Source of the DNA: Emiliania huxleyi CCMP1516
Taxonomy: Eukaryota
Assembly: GCF_000372725.1 (NCBI RefSeq)
Contig: NW_005201287.1
Coordinates: forward strand, 62,001 to 126,000
Reading direction: 5' to 3'
DNA length: 64,000 bases
In this document: positions 1 through 12,559 of the stretch, one piece after another
Numbering within the stretch: position 1 is the stretch's first letter
Layout: every line of letters starts with the position of its first letter
Notes under the pieces: model-generated
The model's input: the letters and a program-made list of their open reading frames with translations, nothing else
What the model was told of the DNA's origin: nothing
The model's database searches: none
Position numbers and translations under genes: made by a program

Positions 1-246
1 GATTTTAACTAGTCACTCTCGCGAGGCTGTGAAAGCACGCCCGATTATCTTACGTCTGTCCCACCGTCCGGCCCGACTCACCATCAATCACCTCGCCTAC
101 CTGCATACAAGTGCCCTGAAAGACCGACAGCCCACACCGAACGAGCGACCGCGACTCTCTCTCTCTCTCTCCCTCTCTCTCGGTGAGAGCGAACGGATTT
201 TTCTAATGTGATCAGGCTCCCTTTAATCTGAGCAGTCTAATTGATA

Positions 247-2936
247 TCACGGCGGTGGGGACGGCGGCGTCAGGCAGGCGGGCGGCGGGTCTGCGTCCGC
301 TGGCGGACACAGGTACGGGTTGTCCGGGTCCTCGCCGCTAACGCACCCCGTCCAGTGGCACTTCGTGCCGCTCCAGCACGTCCGGGAGTAGTAGTTGGTC
401 CCCTCTCGATTGCAGATGTGATGTCCGCTTGGGCAGTCGACGCAGCCAGTGCCGTCGCACAATTTGGGGAAGGCGCACTGAGGGAAGTAATCTCCAGAGG
501 AGCACGTCATCATTCCGTTGCAGTCCCAGAGGTCCGTATAGGGGGGGGCCGACGGCGGTGGCGGCGAGGGCGGCGAGGAGGGCGGCGGAGCCGACGGCGG
601 TGGCGGCGAGGGCGGCGGCGACGGCGACGGCGGCGGTGCGGACGGCGACGGCGACGGCGGCGGCAGCGGCGGCGGCGTCGGGCAGGCGGGCGGCGGGTCT
701 GCGTTCGCTTCCGGACACAGGTACGGGTTGTCCGGGTCCTCGCCGCTAACGCACCCCGTCCAGTGGCACTTCGTGCCGCTCCAGCACGTCCGGGAGTAGT
801 AGCCCATGCCTGAAGCGCAGATGTGATGTCCGCTTGGGCAGTCGACGCAGCCAGTGCCGTCGCACAATTTGGGGAAGGCGCACTGAGGGAAGTAATCTCC
901 AGAGGAGCACGTCATCATTCCGTTGCAGTCCCACACGTTATACGGGGGAGGCAGCGGCGGCGGCGGCGAGGGCGGCGAGGAGGGCGGCGGAGCCGACGGC
1001 GGTGGCGGCGAGGGCGGCGGCGACGGCGACGGCGGCGGTGCGGACGGCGACGGCGGCGGCAGCGGCAGCGGCGGCGGCGTCGGGCAGGCGGGCGGCGGGT
1101 CTGCGTTCGCTTCCGGACACAGGTACGGGTTGTCCGGGTCCTCGCCGCTAACGCACCCCGTCCAGTGGCACTTCGTGCCGCTCCAGCACGTCCGGGAGTA
1201 GTAGCCCATGCCTGAAGCGCAGATGTGATGTCCGCTTGGGCAGTCGACGCAGCCAGTGCCGTCGCACAATTTGGGGAAGGCGCACTGAGGGAAGTAATCT
1301 CCAGAGGAGCACGTCATCATTCCGTTGCAGTCCCAGGGGATGCCGTCGCCGTCCGTGTCCCCCGTGCCCTCGGCGCTGTCTGGGATGCCGTCGCCGTCCG
1401 AGTCGGGATCCTCCGCGTCAGGCAGGCCGTCGCTGTCTGTGTCGGCGGTGTTGGACTCCTTGGCGTCGGGGATGCCGTCGCTGTCAGCGTCGGCGGCGCC
1501 CTCCTCCGCGTCGGGCTTGCCGTCGCCGTCCGAGTCGGGGTCGAGGTAGTCGGGGATGCCGTCGCCGTCCGTTTCCCCCGTGCCCTCGGCGCTGTCTGGG
1601 ATGCCGTCGCCGTCCGAGTCGGGATTCCGCTGTCTGGTCTGGAGTCGTGCCAAGCTGAAGCTTCCGGCGCTGCTGGTAACTGATTCTACAGCCCTCTCCG
1701 ACAAACAGTACGCACACGCTGCCCTGGATCTCAAAGCCACAAATGGCAGTGTCGGCGTTGCTCTGCGTGCAGCATGTCCCATCGTTCACGCCGATCACCT
1801 GAGGGCGTGTGTACAGTGTCGAGGCAGATCTACCGGAGATCAAGTCTCACGTACCACCTTCGTAGCTAGTATTGTGCGTGGAGGGTCGACGAGAGAAAGG
1901 CGGGGAGGAGGGCTCTCACGTAGCTGTCGAATCCAATTATCCGCGGCTGGTCGCAATAGAGCATGTGACCGGAGCAAGCATCGCCACAGGACTCCTTCGC
2001 ATCGGGTGCGCTGTCGCTGTCTGCCTTGGGTGGCGGAGGTGCGCAGGGCGATGGCTGTTCCGACAGACGCCTGTCGTGCGAAATAGTCGCTCGTCCCACT
2101 GCTTCGGTTGCCGAGGCTTCTAGGCCTGCGTCCGTGCCGCTATCTGCGAGAATGGGCGCCAGCCACTCTACATTGAATCGGGAAAATGCAAAGTCGACCG
2201 CGTACGCGAACGGCAATTCGTACATGGATGCCTCGCCCTCTATCGCCCCCTCTGCCATCGCCTGCGTCGTGAAGTGGCCCTCAGCAGGGTACTCGTCGAC
2301 GCGGCCCTGACGCGGTGCAGAGGAGGAGAAGCTCTGGCCAATAATACCGTGTGGCAGAGAGCGAGCCTCCCCGCGAGCAGCGCTGAAGCTGATGTCGAGG
2401 CGGTGCATGGGTCCTGCGACTCGGTCATAGACGTGATTGCCCCTGACGTCAACAGTCCAGCCGCCTTTCGCAAATGTGGCGCTAAAGTACCGCATTCGAA
2501 TGGCCAGTCCGAAGCAGTTCTTAGAGCCCCGCCTCCCAAACTTGAAAGGCTGCCTCCCGCAGAATCCGGTGATCGCCTGCCAGCCCCAGTTGTCCTCTCC
2601 TGGGCTTGTAAGCTCGCGAGCCCAGAAGGATGCGTTTACAAAAGCAGACTTCGACCCTTCCGATCGCGCCACGACGTGAGCTTCGGTGATAAAGGACCCG
2701 TGCACGACAAGTTGGTTGTTGTTCATCCGGAAGACGGCGTTCTCAGTCTTTACATTGACTGCTAGGCCGGGCGCCGAGAGAAACGAATAGAGTTGCCCCT
2801 CTTCGCCGCGAAAGTCTGCGCGTCCGCCATGAGCGAAGTGCAGGTGCGGGTCACGGTTTGCCTCGCCGTGAAGAACACAGGAGTCTGTCGCCGTGATCCC
2901 CGGCAACGGCACGAGCAGCAGAATCCGGAGAGCCAT
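247..2936 (-). CDS. Secreted modular protein: signal peptide, GDPH-type (VWD/root-cap-like) domain, thrombospondin type-3-like DxDxDG repeats, three 12-Cys modules with Pro/Ser linkers
   Basis: ATG 2936 gives MALRILLLVPLPGITA, then ANRDPHLHFAHGGRADFRG and PHGIIGQSF. ORF 247-1782 has repeated DSDGDGIPD and three copies of WDCNGMMTC...LCP. Joining the two ORFs needs an intron between about 1632 and 2025; its boundaries are uncertain. Confidence 0.7.
270..1336 (-). repeat. Three near-identical coding repeats of about 402 bp (Cys-rich module plus Pro linker)
   Basis: CCGTTGCAGTCCCA recurs at about 515, 920 and 1322. Confidence 0.95.
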
Positions 2937-4119
2937 TGCCGTGTGTGTGTGTTTTGTCGCATTTGCCGTGACGGCGGTCAGAAAGTACGAATTGAGGCGG
3001 TCGGTTGTACTCCAAGTGCTCCAAGGTTGTGGGTCCAACACACGTTCCGTTGCGATCTCCCGCACCTCCCCTTCGGAGATTCAGAAAAGCAGAGGAGAAA
3101 GAAAAGGGCCGGGGGTCTACGCAAGTGTCTGCGTAAGTAAGTGTGTGAGTGAATGAGAGTGGCGGTGAGTGGCGGGTGGCAGTGAGTGTCGTGTCCACTC
3201 ACTAACTAGCTCCGAGTAGGAGGGGGCGTCCTGCAGTTAAGGGGAAACCCGGTAGCGGTACGCGGGGCCAACCCTCGGAGACCCGTGTTTACTTTATGGC
3301 CCCCTCCCCCCTCCCTGCGAACGCGCATCCTTGCGTCGAAGGAGAGGCAGCGTGCGGCTCCGTGGACTCGGCCATCACCCGCGGGTGAGAGGGCGATCGG
3401 AAGCACTCCCGCCCTCTGAGGCGGCCGTCCGAGTCGGGGAGGCAAACACACAGCCATCCTCGCGGGTGTGGGCGGCCTTATCGTCCCGCTATACTAACCC
3501 TTAAGTCGGCCCTTCCTCGGGTCGGCTTCGGAGGCCCCGCAGCCCTAGCCGGAGCTAAGGGGCCCGGCTTTTTCGGCGCTAACCCTAGGGGAAATCGCTC
3601 CGGAATAGGGTTCCCGGCACCATCGGGCGGCGCCACACGGATGGAGGGAGTCGGGTTTGCCATCGGCGGGCCGTGAGGGCGCTGAGAACTCAAGGCTGAG
3701 TTTTCGCTCTCACTTTCGATGTGGCGGAGTATGCGAGGACGGCCCGTTCTGCCCGTTCTCGGGCTAGTCAGCAGATCTAGCGCAGAGAGGGCGATGAGGC
3801 GGAGGCACGCCGCAGCGGCAGGCTTAAAAAGTTGGCATGAAAACGCATATGCGCCAGTACACAAACGAAGTAAGCACGGCACCCCTTAGAGACGTGATAC
3901 TCTCGGCGGCGAAAAATCGCCCTACCGCCGCCACGCGATGGCGCGCGCGCGAGGGCTACTCGAGACAAGCTTGATGGCCTCCGCCGCTCCTCCTAGTCTG
4001 GTCCGCCTCTCCTCTAGCGCGGAGGGCCTCATCTCGCCGGGGAGAAGTGCGGTGATCCGCCTACCGCCTTAGGCACTTGAACGGCGTCACGGTGAAGGCG
4101 GGCTCGGCCGCTGCCTCCC

Positions 4120-4548
4120 AACGCCTTCGAAGGCCGAGCCGCGCGCTCTCGCGCGGGTTGTGAGCCGCAGGCACGCGCGCCTGCTCGGGGACGCGCCGGA
4201 GAGTCGTGTGTGGACCGTTAAGAGAGCCGGGAAGGTCCGTTTGGCGGTGCCGATACCTTGGACGCGACCGGCATGATCGGCGAAAGTAGCGCGGTCCTCC
4301 GCTGCCTACCGACGCCTTCCACGGCCGAGCCGCGCGCCCTCGCGCGGCGTGTGAGCAGCCCGCACGCGCGCCTACTGGGGGACGCGCCGGGGAGTCGTGT
4401 GTGGACCGTTAAGAGAGCCGGGAAGGTCCGTTTGGCGGTGCCGATACCTTGGACGCGACCGGCATGATCGGCGAAAGTAGCGCGCTCCTCCGCCACCTAC
4501 GGACGCCTTTGAAGGCCGACCCGCGCTCCATCGCGCGGGCTGTGAGTA
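4120..4548. repeat. 191-bp tandem repeat, about 2.3 copies
   Basis: GAGTCGTGTGTGGACCGTTAAGAGAGCCGGGAAGG occurs at 4201 and 4392. Confidence 0.9.
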
Positions 4549-6023
4549 GGTTCGGGTCCCCGAGTAGGTTCAAAGGCGCGCTCCGACCCGAACCTACTCG
4601 GGGACCCGCCGCGACGGCCTGGATGGCACGTATTTGTGGCCGGTGGTGCCTCTGTCCGAGTCGGCGGCGGCAGCGGCGACGAGGCCGCGGCGCAAGGGCG
4701 GAGCAGAACCGCTGCAGCGGCCTGCGGCTGCGCCGCGCGCCCGCGCGCGGAGGAGGGGCGTGTGTGAGTCAGTGCTACGCCGTGCCGCCCTTGGAGAGGC
4801 GAGAGAGGCCGGTGTGGCAGGCAGGTTTAGCTCTGTCGGGCGGCGCGAACCTCCTCGCCGCACGCGGCCCAAATCATGACACCACTCCAGCTGCGCTGGC
4901 AGCGGGCGCTGGTCGTCTGGCAGGCGAAGGGGCGGCTAAACGGCATGGCCCGGATCGCGTGCGCCAGGCCCCGCGCGCAGAGGGCGCCTGGCAGAGCTCA
5001 GGGCGACACAGAGCGCTCGGCAGCAGCTGTGAGCTCTCAAAAGTCGCTGTTCACACTGGCGACACCGGTTTCTTCTTTTATATCTTCATGAACCGGCTGG
5101 GGGAGGAATAATTTCGTGCCCAGACCGCCGTAGGTAGGATCGAGATCCGCGAGCGAGAGATGGATATTGGAGCCCTGGTGCGACGGGTTAGGTGAGCTTT
5201 GGGTTCCGCATCACTGTCTTAGTGTGCGCGCCCCGCATGTATTAATAGGTTGACGGGCGCATGGAGACGTGATGCCTCCATGCGCCCGTCGAGTCAAAAT
5301 CGACATGCGAGGCGATCTTTGGCCCGCCAGAGGGATAGGCGGCGTTTCTGGCGACAACAGCGCTGCGACCGCGAAGTGGCGGTGGACATGCTCCCATGTT
5401 GCGGACGCGGCTCCGGAGTGGCCGGCGCTGCTCGCCGCGACCACGACGGCTACTCTGATGCTCCGGGCCGACCCGTCCTACCCGACGGTGGCACTCTTCC
5501 ACGTCTCGCTCACGCTGAGAAAAATTCTGAAACGGCGTGCAGCAGAGTCACCGACGAGTCGGTCCGCGTGCCTCCTCGCGTCCCGTACCGTTCTCACACA
5601 TCCATAAACTCACTTTGGCCCCACTGACGCAAGCCCTCAATCCTGAATCCTCAGATTTTAGATTAGGACGTCCACCCCCTAATGGTATACCGCGTGTCCG
5701 CGTCTGCGACGCGGGCGCCTTCCTTAGCCACGCTTTATGTCTTGCGCGGTCAAAAAATTAAGCTGGTGTGCATCGCGCTCCCACCAGAGCATGCCGCATG
5801 CCGGTGGGTGGCGCCTTGTCCCTTGACCAGGCCTGAGCAGCTCAGGAGTGGATGTGGAGGCAGCCTCTCTGTCTGGACGCGAGCAGCGCTGGATCGCCAA
5901 ATCCAGCGCAAAGGAGAGGTAAATCCTATCGAGAGGCGTGACACCAAATCTGGTGGTTCTTTCTCTTTTACGGCTCTCATTGCATGCAAATGTCAGAGCG
6001 AACCGCACGTGCAAACATCAGCG

Positions 6024-8111
6024 TCACACCACATCATCATTCGAAGCGAGCGGGCTCGAGAGCACGGCGAAGCCCGAAGCGACCCCTCCCTCGTCAACCC
6101 CGCGCATCTTGGTGCGAACCAAATGGCCGGCGGGGCGGCTGATGAGGACGCGGCCGGTGGCGGAGCGCAGGTAGGTCGAGTAGACGCCCAGCTCCGAGAC
6201 GGCGTCGCCGCGGTAGACCTCTCCGGCGCGCACGAGGACCGCAGGCGCCGCCTTTGGCTCGATGCGCCGCATGAGGATGTACGCCGACCGCTGCGCGCGA
6301 GACAGCTCGCGCAGCGCGGCCGCGAGCGTGGCCCCGAAGAGGTTGTGGCCGCCGCCCTCTCGCTGCGGCTTCATCACGTACCCGCTCGGGTCGGCGGCCG
6401 CGGCGCGCATCGCCTCCGCGGCCTCGCGCTCCGCGGGCGGCGCGTCGTCCGGCGGCGTCTTGTCGCCAGACAGCGACCACAAGCCGGCAAAGACACGCCG
6501 CATCGCCTCGGCCTCAGCCGGCGAGACGAACCGCTCGAGCTCGCCAGGGAGCGCGAGCTGCTGCTGCACCTTCTTCGCGCCGGCGAGCTGGTACGCGGCG
6601 CTCGGGCATTTGATGGCGAGAGAGCGCTCCAGGAGGAGACGGGCGGACCACTCCTTGTTTGAGGGGTAGTCGTCGGGCACATACCCGGCGCGGAAGTAGG
6701 CGACGGACACCTCCTGCGTGCCGTCGAGCAGCAGCCGCCGCCTGGGCCCCTCGAGCTTTGCTGACTGGTCCAGGTGCGAGAGGGAGCGGAAGGCGGTCCG
6801 CACACCGTGCCGCTCGTACAGCCGCTGCGACAGCCGATGCTGGTCGACGGCGTTCCGCTCGCCCGGCTGCACCACAAAGAGGACGACGGCGTCGGCGCCG
6901 CCGTGCGCGCGGTGCGCGGCGGCGAGCGCGTCTGCGATGGCGTCGACCGCGTCGTTAGGTGGGAGAGCGTCGCTGAGGGTGAGCTTGGGCGGGCGCCCTC
7001 TGCGCTCCCACATGGCGGCGCGGAGGGCGGGCCAGCGGGTCGCGAGGTGCTGGTGCAGGTCGGAGACGGCGCAGGAGAGGGCGGCGAACGAGGAGGCGAT
7101 CGTGTTCAACTCGACCTGCCGACGGTGGAGCAGCGGTGGAGGCAAGGGGGCCGTGGACGGTGGAGGGAGGAGCCCGTGGGGAGCGCGAGTGAGGCGGCGA
7201 GGCGGCGGCGGCGGAGCCAGAGGAGAGCTGTGGCGGCGGAAGCGGCGGCGGCAGAGGCAGCGGCAGCGGCAGCAGCTGCTGCTGCGGCGGCGGTGGCGGC
7301 GGTGGCGGCGGCGGCGGCGGCTGGCGGCGGGTGGGGGCAGCATGGGAGGGTGGGGGCAGCATGGGAGGGTGGGGGCAGCATGGGAGGGTGGGGGCAGCAT
7401 GGGAGGGTGGGGGCAGCATGGGAGGGTGGGGGCAGCATGGGAGGGAGTCAAGAGGTGCGCGCAGAAAACCTGCAGCAGCTGGGGCGGTGCCGGGGCAGCC
7501 CCATCGGCAGGCTCCGGCTCGTGCAGCATGTAATCCGAGCGCAGGACACCCAGGCTTGCGCTTTGCGTCGGCCCCTCGGACGCCACTCTGAGCGCGAGCC
7601 TGAGCAGGCGCCTGGTGAAGACGTCCGAAGCAGCCGTCTCCCGCAGCGTCGCCTCCAGCCAGGGCAGGTCCGCGGCCACCGCGTCGACCAGCCGGTTGAA
7701 CGAGGGCGCGAGAGCGCACGCGCGCTCCAGCTCAGACGCCGGGTACTCTGCTGGCAGCAGCGCAAACGGAGCATGGACGTAGGACTCCGCCGCAGTCAGC
7801 TCCTCCTCTTCCGCGGCCGCGCGCATCAGCAGGCCGTTGCAAGGCGCCCACCGGAGCGCCTCGGCCACGTAGCCATCGACCTCCGCCTGAGAGGACTGCA
7901 CGAGCAGCGGCAGCCCGGGCTGGCCCGCCGCCAGCGCAGCATCCACCGCCGCACACTCGGACAGCGACGAGGCACAGAAATCGGTGGGCGGAGGGGTGCG
8001 GACGAGGTTATCGTCGACCTCTGCAAGCGCCGGTGGCGCGAACAGCAGGGAGAGCATCGGAGGAAAAGCCGGTGCTCGCCCAGCGCTCTCCGCTCCAAAG
8101 AATTTTACCAT
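6024..8111 (-). CDS. GSS: Glutathione synthetase (eukaryotic type), probably with an N-terminal targeting peptide
   Basis: Motifs LRSDYM, QVELNTIASSF, YFRAGYVPDDYP, SLAIKCPS, YVMKPQREGGGHN, VSELGVY, GHLVRTK and EGGVASGF. In-frame GT-AG intron 7116-7469. Start is 8111 or 8057. Confidence 0.95.
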   Translation of the reverse strand: MVKFFGAESAGRAPAFPPMLSLLFAPPALAEVDDNLVRTPPPTDFCASSLSECAAVDAALAAGQPGLPLLVQSSQAEVDGYVAEALRWAPCNGLLMRAAAEEEELTAAESYVHAPFALLPAEYPASELERACALAPSFNRLVDAVAADLPWLEATLRETAASDVFTRRLLRLALRVASEGPTQSASLGVLRSDYMLHEPEPADGAAPAPPQLLQVFCAHLLTPSHAAPTLPCCPHPPMLPPPSHAAPTLPCCPHPPMLPPPAASRRRRRHRRHRRRSSSCCRCRCLCRRRFRRHSSPLAPPPPPRRLTRAPHGLLPPPSTAPLPPPLLHRRQVELNTIASSFAALSCAVSDLHQHLATRWPALRAAMWERRGRPPKLTLSDALPPNDAVDAIADALAAAHRAHGGADAVVLFVVQPGERNAVDQHRLSQRLYERHGVRTAFRSLSHLDQSAKLEGPRRRLLLDGTQEVSVAYFRAGYVPDDYPSNKEWSARLLLERSLAIKCPSAAYQLAGAKKVQQQLALPGELERFVSPAEAEAMRRVFAGLWSLSGDKTPPDDAPPAEREAAEAMRAAAADPSGYVMKPQREGGGHNLFGATLAAALRELSRAQRSAYILMRRIEPKAAPAVLVRAGEVYRGDAVSELGVYSTYLRSATGRVLISRPAGHLVRTKMRGVDEGGVASGFAVLSSPLASNDDVV
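7328..7446. repeat. Intronic tandem repeat of about 19-20 bp (GGGAGGGTGGGGGCAGCAT)n
   Basis: About 6 direct copies inside the GSS intron. Confidence 0.95.
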
Positions 8112-9759
8112 GCGAGCCCCTCTCACAGCAGACTGGCTCGGACTGGCACTACAAATGGCACAGCAGCAAAGAAGAGCAGGCGGACTACCCGGGTACCTTG
8201 AAAGACGTTGTTTCCGCACCGGGTATGGTCGTCGTCGTCCTTGATCCACGTCTTGACTGCCTCTAGCGCGCCGTCTCTAACCACTAACGGCGTCGCCGCA
8301 CTCCGCGAGTGCGGCCATCACTTGCTGTGAGTGAGTGAGTATTCTTGATACGAAACCACGACAACACACACCAGTCGACTCGCATCGGTTGCCTCCATTA
8401 ACGGCGGAGCTATTCTCGCGCCCACACCACACCTGGCTCCAACGTGGACACGCCCATAGCTGGGGACACTACTAGGTCATGCATGGCATCAGAAGTTTTA
8501 TCTCTGGGCCCCGAAACGCATCTCTAGCAGCGTCTCTCACACACACACACACATCACTTGCTGCTGGTGATCGGTCGTCTTCGGTTTTGACCGCGCAAGA
8601 TATAAAGGGTGTCCTAAGGGCTCTGCTCGCAAGGCGCCCGCGTCGCAGACGCGGTACCATTGACAAATCTGCAATATACCCCCACACGAGCAAACAGCAA
8701 AATCCGAATACCGTGCACGAACTGGGCGATCTGGGACGCAAGCCTTCAGCTGGTGCCAAGACATTCGTAAAATTGAAGCCAAGAACGGCCGCCAAATCCG
8801 TGCTTTCGGGGCAACTGAGGGAAAGCTCCTGATCGAGCCCAGCGTGCCCGCGGCCGCCTCCCGCGCAGCACCGCCGCTGCGGAATCGGATCGAGCCCATG
8901 GAGGAGGAGGGCGCGGTCGGCCAGCGCATCAGGCGGAGTCCCTCCCCGCGCCGGAGCCCCCCTGCAGTCGAGGGAGTCCTCGTTGGCGATGAAGGTGGCG
9001 ACATCGAATCGCGGCCGACACACGTCACGGGAGGAATGGGCGATGAGCGGGAACGATGCGCGCTACGACGCCGACTCCGCCGTGCTCGTGGCCGCAGAAA
9101 GCCGCGCTCCAGGAGCACGCCAAGATGCAATGGCTCGCTTGCTTCGATTCAGCTCTCTCGGCAGCAGAAGTGGGGCTGGAGCGGGTGGGGGTGGATGCCG
9201 ATTGAGGGGGAGCGTCTCCAGCTGCGCCCTGTGGCAGCTGCGCCCTGTGGCAGCTATAGTCGAGGGACTTGGTAGTTGTGACCCCCCTGAGTGAGGACAG
9301 GAGAGAGAGAGCGTTTTGTGGTGTTGGTGTACGCAATAACGGGACAGGGTGGTTGTTCTCTCTATCTCCTCTTCTAGCTCTTAGCATGAGCTGCGCCCGG
9401 TGTCCGACCCCTTTTGCGCAGCAACACCTTAAACTTTTAGGCCCTCCAAATTCGGGTCGGAGCGTACATGTAGCGGAGTGGGCCCCGAGTTTGAAAAGGG
9501 CGACGGACGCTTGCGTCCTAGCCTCCAACAACGCCTCCCCGGCGCAGAGGGGCCCCCGGAGGGATGCACAACCGCTCCACGCCACGTCGCTTGCGGCGGT
9601 CCTCTTCCCAGCTCCGCTGAGCGCCCGTGCGTTATTTCTCGTTGTCTGCTGCGTGTCGGCTTTCTTCTTCTCCTCTCGGCAGTCACTCGCGCTGGAAAGG
9701 ATCCCGCCACGAGTATTGCAACGCGGAGAGGACAAGGGCGACCGCGCCGCAGCGATTTC

Positions 9760-11675
9760 ATGCCGCGACCAGATGCACGGGCAGCGAGCGGCACAGCGCG
9801 GCCAACACGCGGCCCGCCAACTCACCCGTCGGTGGTCCGCGTCCACTCGCCTTCCGTCTCCGACCTCAGCTCGCTCATCGCCACGGGTGAGCCGTTCGTC
9901 GCCTCGGGGCTGCTCTCGGGCTGGGCCGCTCTCGGCTGGACGCCTCGCGGCCTCGCCTCCTCGCCGCTGGGCGCGGCCGAGACGTGTGTGCGCCTCCACC
10001 GAATTGCGCCGCTGGCGGTGCCGTTCGAGGGCGAAGGCGTCTACGTGCAGGCCACGCTCGCCGAGTTTGGGCGCTGGCTCGAGGGCGGTGGCTCGAGGGC
10101 GGGACTTGACGGCGGTAACTTGAGTGCCTTCCCGCGCTCCGAATACACCGGCTACTGCGACTACCAGGAGATGGCGGCGCTGTTTGCGAGCGAGCCGGAC
10201 GCGCTCGCGGCAGTGGACTGGTCGCACGTCCTCGCCGCCGCGCACCTCTCCGAAGTCGTCGCGAGCGGCGCCGACTCGCACGCAGCCGACGGCTCGCGCT
10301 CGACGCTGTGGCTGGGTTCAGAGGGCGCGGGCACGCCGGCGCACTACGACGCGTACGGCGTCAACTTTGTGGCGCAGTGTGCCGGAGCCAAGCGCTGGCG
10401 GCTGAGCCCGCCGCCGGGCTGCGAAAGGGAACGGGGCGGAGACGCGGCGTGGCCGCTGCGGCCGACCCGTGTGCCTTATGAGGAGAGCTCGGTCTTTGCG
10501 CGCTCCGACGACTCCGGGCGCAGCAGCTGCCCCCAGCTGAGCTGCCCCTCCTCCCGCCCCTCGTCTTGGCTGTACGAGGTCGAGCTGTGCGCCGGCGAGA
10601 CGCTCTTCGTGCCTCGGCACTGGTGGCACGCCGTCGTCACCACCAGCCGCCACTCTCTCTCCATCAACACCTGGCTCGAGGCCGCGCAGGACACCGCTGA
10701 GCGAGTGCGCGAGGCGGTCGTCCGGCTGCTCGCTTCGGCGCTGATCCGAGCGGCGCGGCGCGCCATGTCCGCCGAGGACTTGCGGCCGGCGGAGGAGCCC
10801 GCCTGCGGGTGGGTCAACCCGACCGAGCAGCTGTCCGAGTCGGCAGGCGACGACCTCGCCCTCCTCAGCGGCGCTGTGGCGCGAGTTGGCGGGGCCGGGG
10901 GGAGCCCGAGGTTGCCCGAGATTACCCGAGATCTGGAGCGACTTGGCGGGGCGGGAGGCGAGGCGGGCGCCGGAGGAGGCGGCGAGGCTGGTGGCGGCGA
11001 GGCTGGTGGTGGAGGCGGTGGTGGCGGCGGGGGTGGCGGTAGTGGCGGCGGAGGCGGCGGAGGCGGTGGCGGTGGCGGCGGGGGTGGCGACGGTGGAGGT
11101 GGTGGCGGGGGCGGCGGCAGGGCGTCGGAGGGCGGCGAGGAGGGCGGTGCGCAGGGCGAGGGCGGGGTCTGCCTTCTCTGCGCCCCGCGGCCACCGCACC
11201 CGCAGGCAGGGCTTCCCCCTTCGCTCCCGCCTCCGCTCCCGCCTTCGCTCTCCATGTCGGACGTCGTCGGCGCGCTCTGCAGCGGCCGCCCGCACCGGGC
11301 AAGAGAAGGTGAGGCGGCGACCGAGGAGACGACAGCCCGTGAACAGGCGCACTCTGCAGCGGCCGCCCCCTCGTCGCGGCGGCGAGGGCGCTCGGCGCCG
11401 GCTCGCACTGGGGCGGCGCTGACGGCGGCGGCGCTGACGGCGGCGGCGCTGACGGCGGCGGCGCTGACGGCGGCGGCGCTGACGGCGAGGGCGCTGACGG
11501 CGAGGGCGGCGGCAGCGAGGGCGAGGGTGGCGAGGGCGGTGGCGGTGGCGGGGAGCAGCTCCGCGCGCCTCTCGTGCGGGCCGACTGTCCCCTTCGATTT
11601 CTTTTTTAACCGCGCGTGTTTCTTTTTTAGGAGCGCCTCTCGCGCGGGCGCTTCGATGCGCCCTCGTCAGCGTAG
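9760..11675 (+). CDS. HSPBAP1: JmjC/cupin-8 2OG oxygenase, HSPBAP1-like
   Basis: LWLGSEGAGTPAHYD (HxD), GAKRWRL, TRVPYEESSVF, LFVPRHWWHAV, SINTW. The 3' exon structure through the low-complexity region after about 10900 is uncertain; a candidate last exon starts at 11631 and ends with TAG at 11675. Confidence 0.85.
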
Positions 11676-12559
11676 ACAGCGCGGCGGGAGGCGGCAGCGC
11701 GCCATCACAGCAGCGGGTCGACAGCGTACTCGCGGTGGGACTCGCGGCAAGGGCGGTGCTTTGTTAGGCGCGCCGAGCCGGCAGCAACCCTTTGGCGAGG
11801 CGCTGGAGAGGCTGCGGTCTGCCCCGGGCGGGCGCCCCTCGATCTCGATCGGTGTGACAAAGACAGAAAGAAGACAGACACGCCGAGAGGGGGGGGGGGG
11901 GGGGAGAGAACGGCACAGGGCCGCCACCGCACAGGGATTTCTGTTCGGTGTGACGTGACCGATTGTTCGGTGTGACGTGACCGATGCTGCCGGTTCGGGG
12001 GTTTTGACGCGGTTTCTGTTTCTAGGCGACGTGATCGACGCTGTCTGCACGGGCGCGGGCCTCGACGAGGGCGTCCGCGCGCTGAGAGCCGCGTATGAGC
12101 GGAAGCAGAGGGGGGGCGGGAAGCGCACCCTTGGCGCAGACGTGAGGATTGGCATGGGTTGGGAATCGCAGGCAGGCGGCGTGTGCGCGGCAGGTTGTGA
12201 CTGCAACCAGCATGTGTGCATCGTGGCCTGAATTCTTTGACACAGCTCTGTGGGTCTCACGTCCCAGTTACATGGGATAGAGTTTCCAAACAAATTGTGG
12301 ATCTATCAACAACGGTAAGGCGAATAAAGCCGTAGAACACATCGCACTCTCTTGAGGTTGGTTTGAGCCGTCCGCACACGGTGTCGCGTGTCGGTGAGCC
12401 TCCGGCGGTGTGTTTTAAAGCCGTAGGACCTTAGGTCAAGGTGTTACGGCTCTACATATTTTAGCGCAGTTCCTTCGGTTCACGGTTGTTCTATGGGCTC
12501 TAATAGTCTATGCGGCAAAACCCCATCTTTCAAAATGCTCAAGTCACGTGCTGGCCACA

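Noticed and set aside
7116..7469. 118-aa Pro/Arg insertion in glutathione synthetase
   Set aside because: In-frame, stop-free GT-AG intron; splicing restores LLQVELNT
8472..9700. Long overlapping ORFs here and antisense to real genes throughout the window
   Set aside because: Arg/Ala/Pro-rich shadow ORFs expected at high GC; no domain motifs
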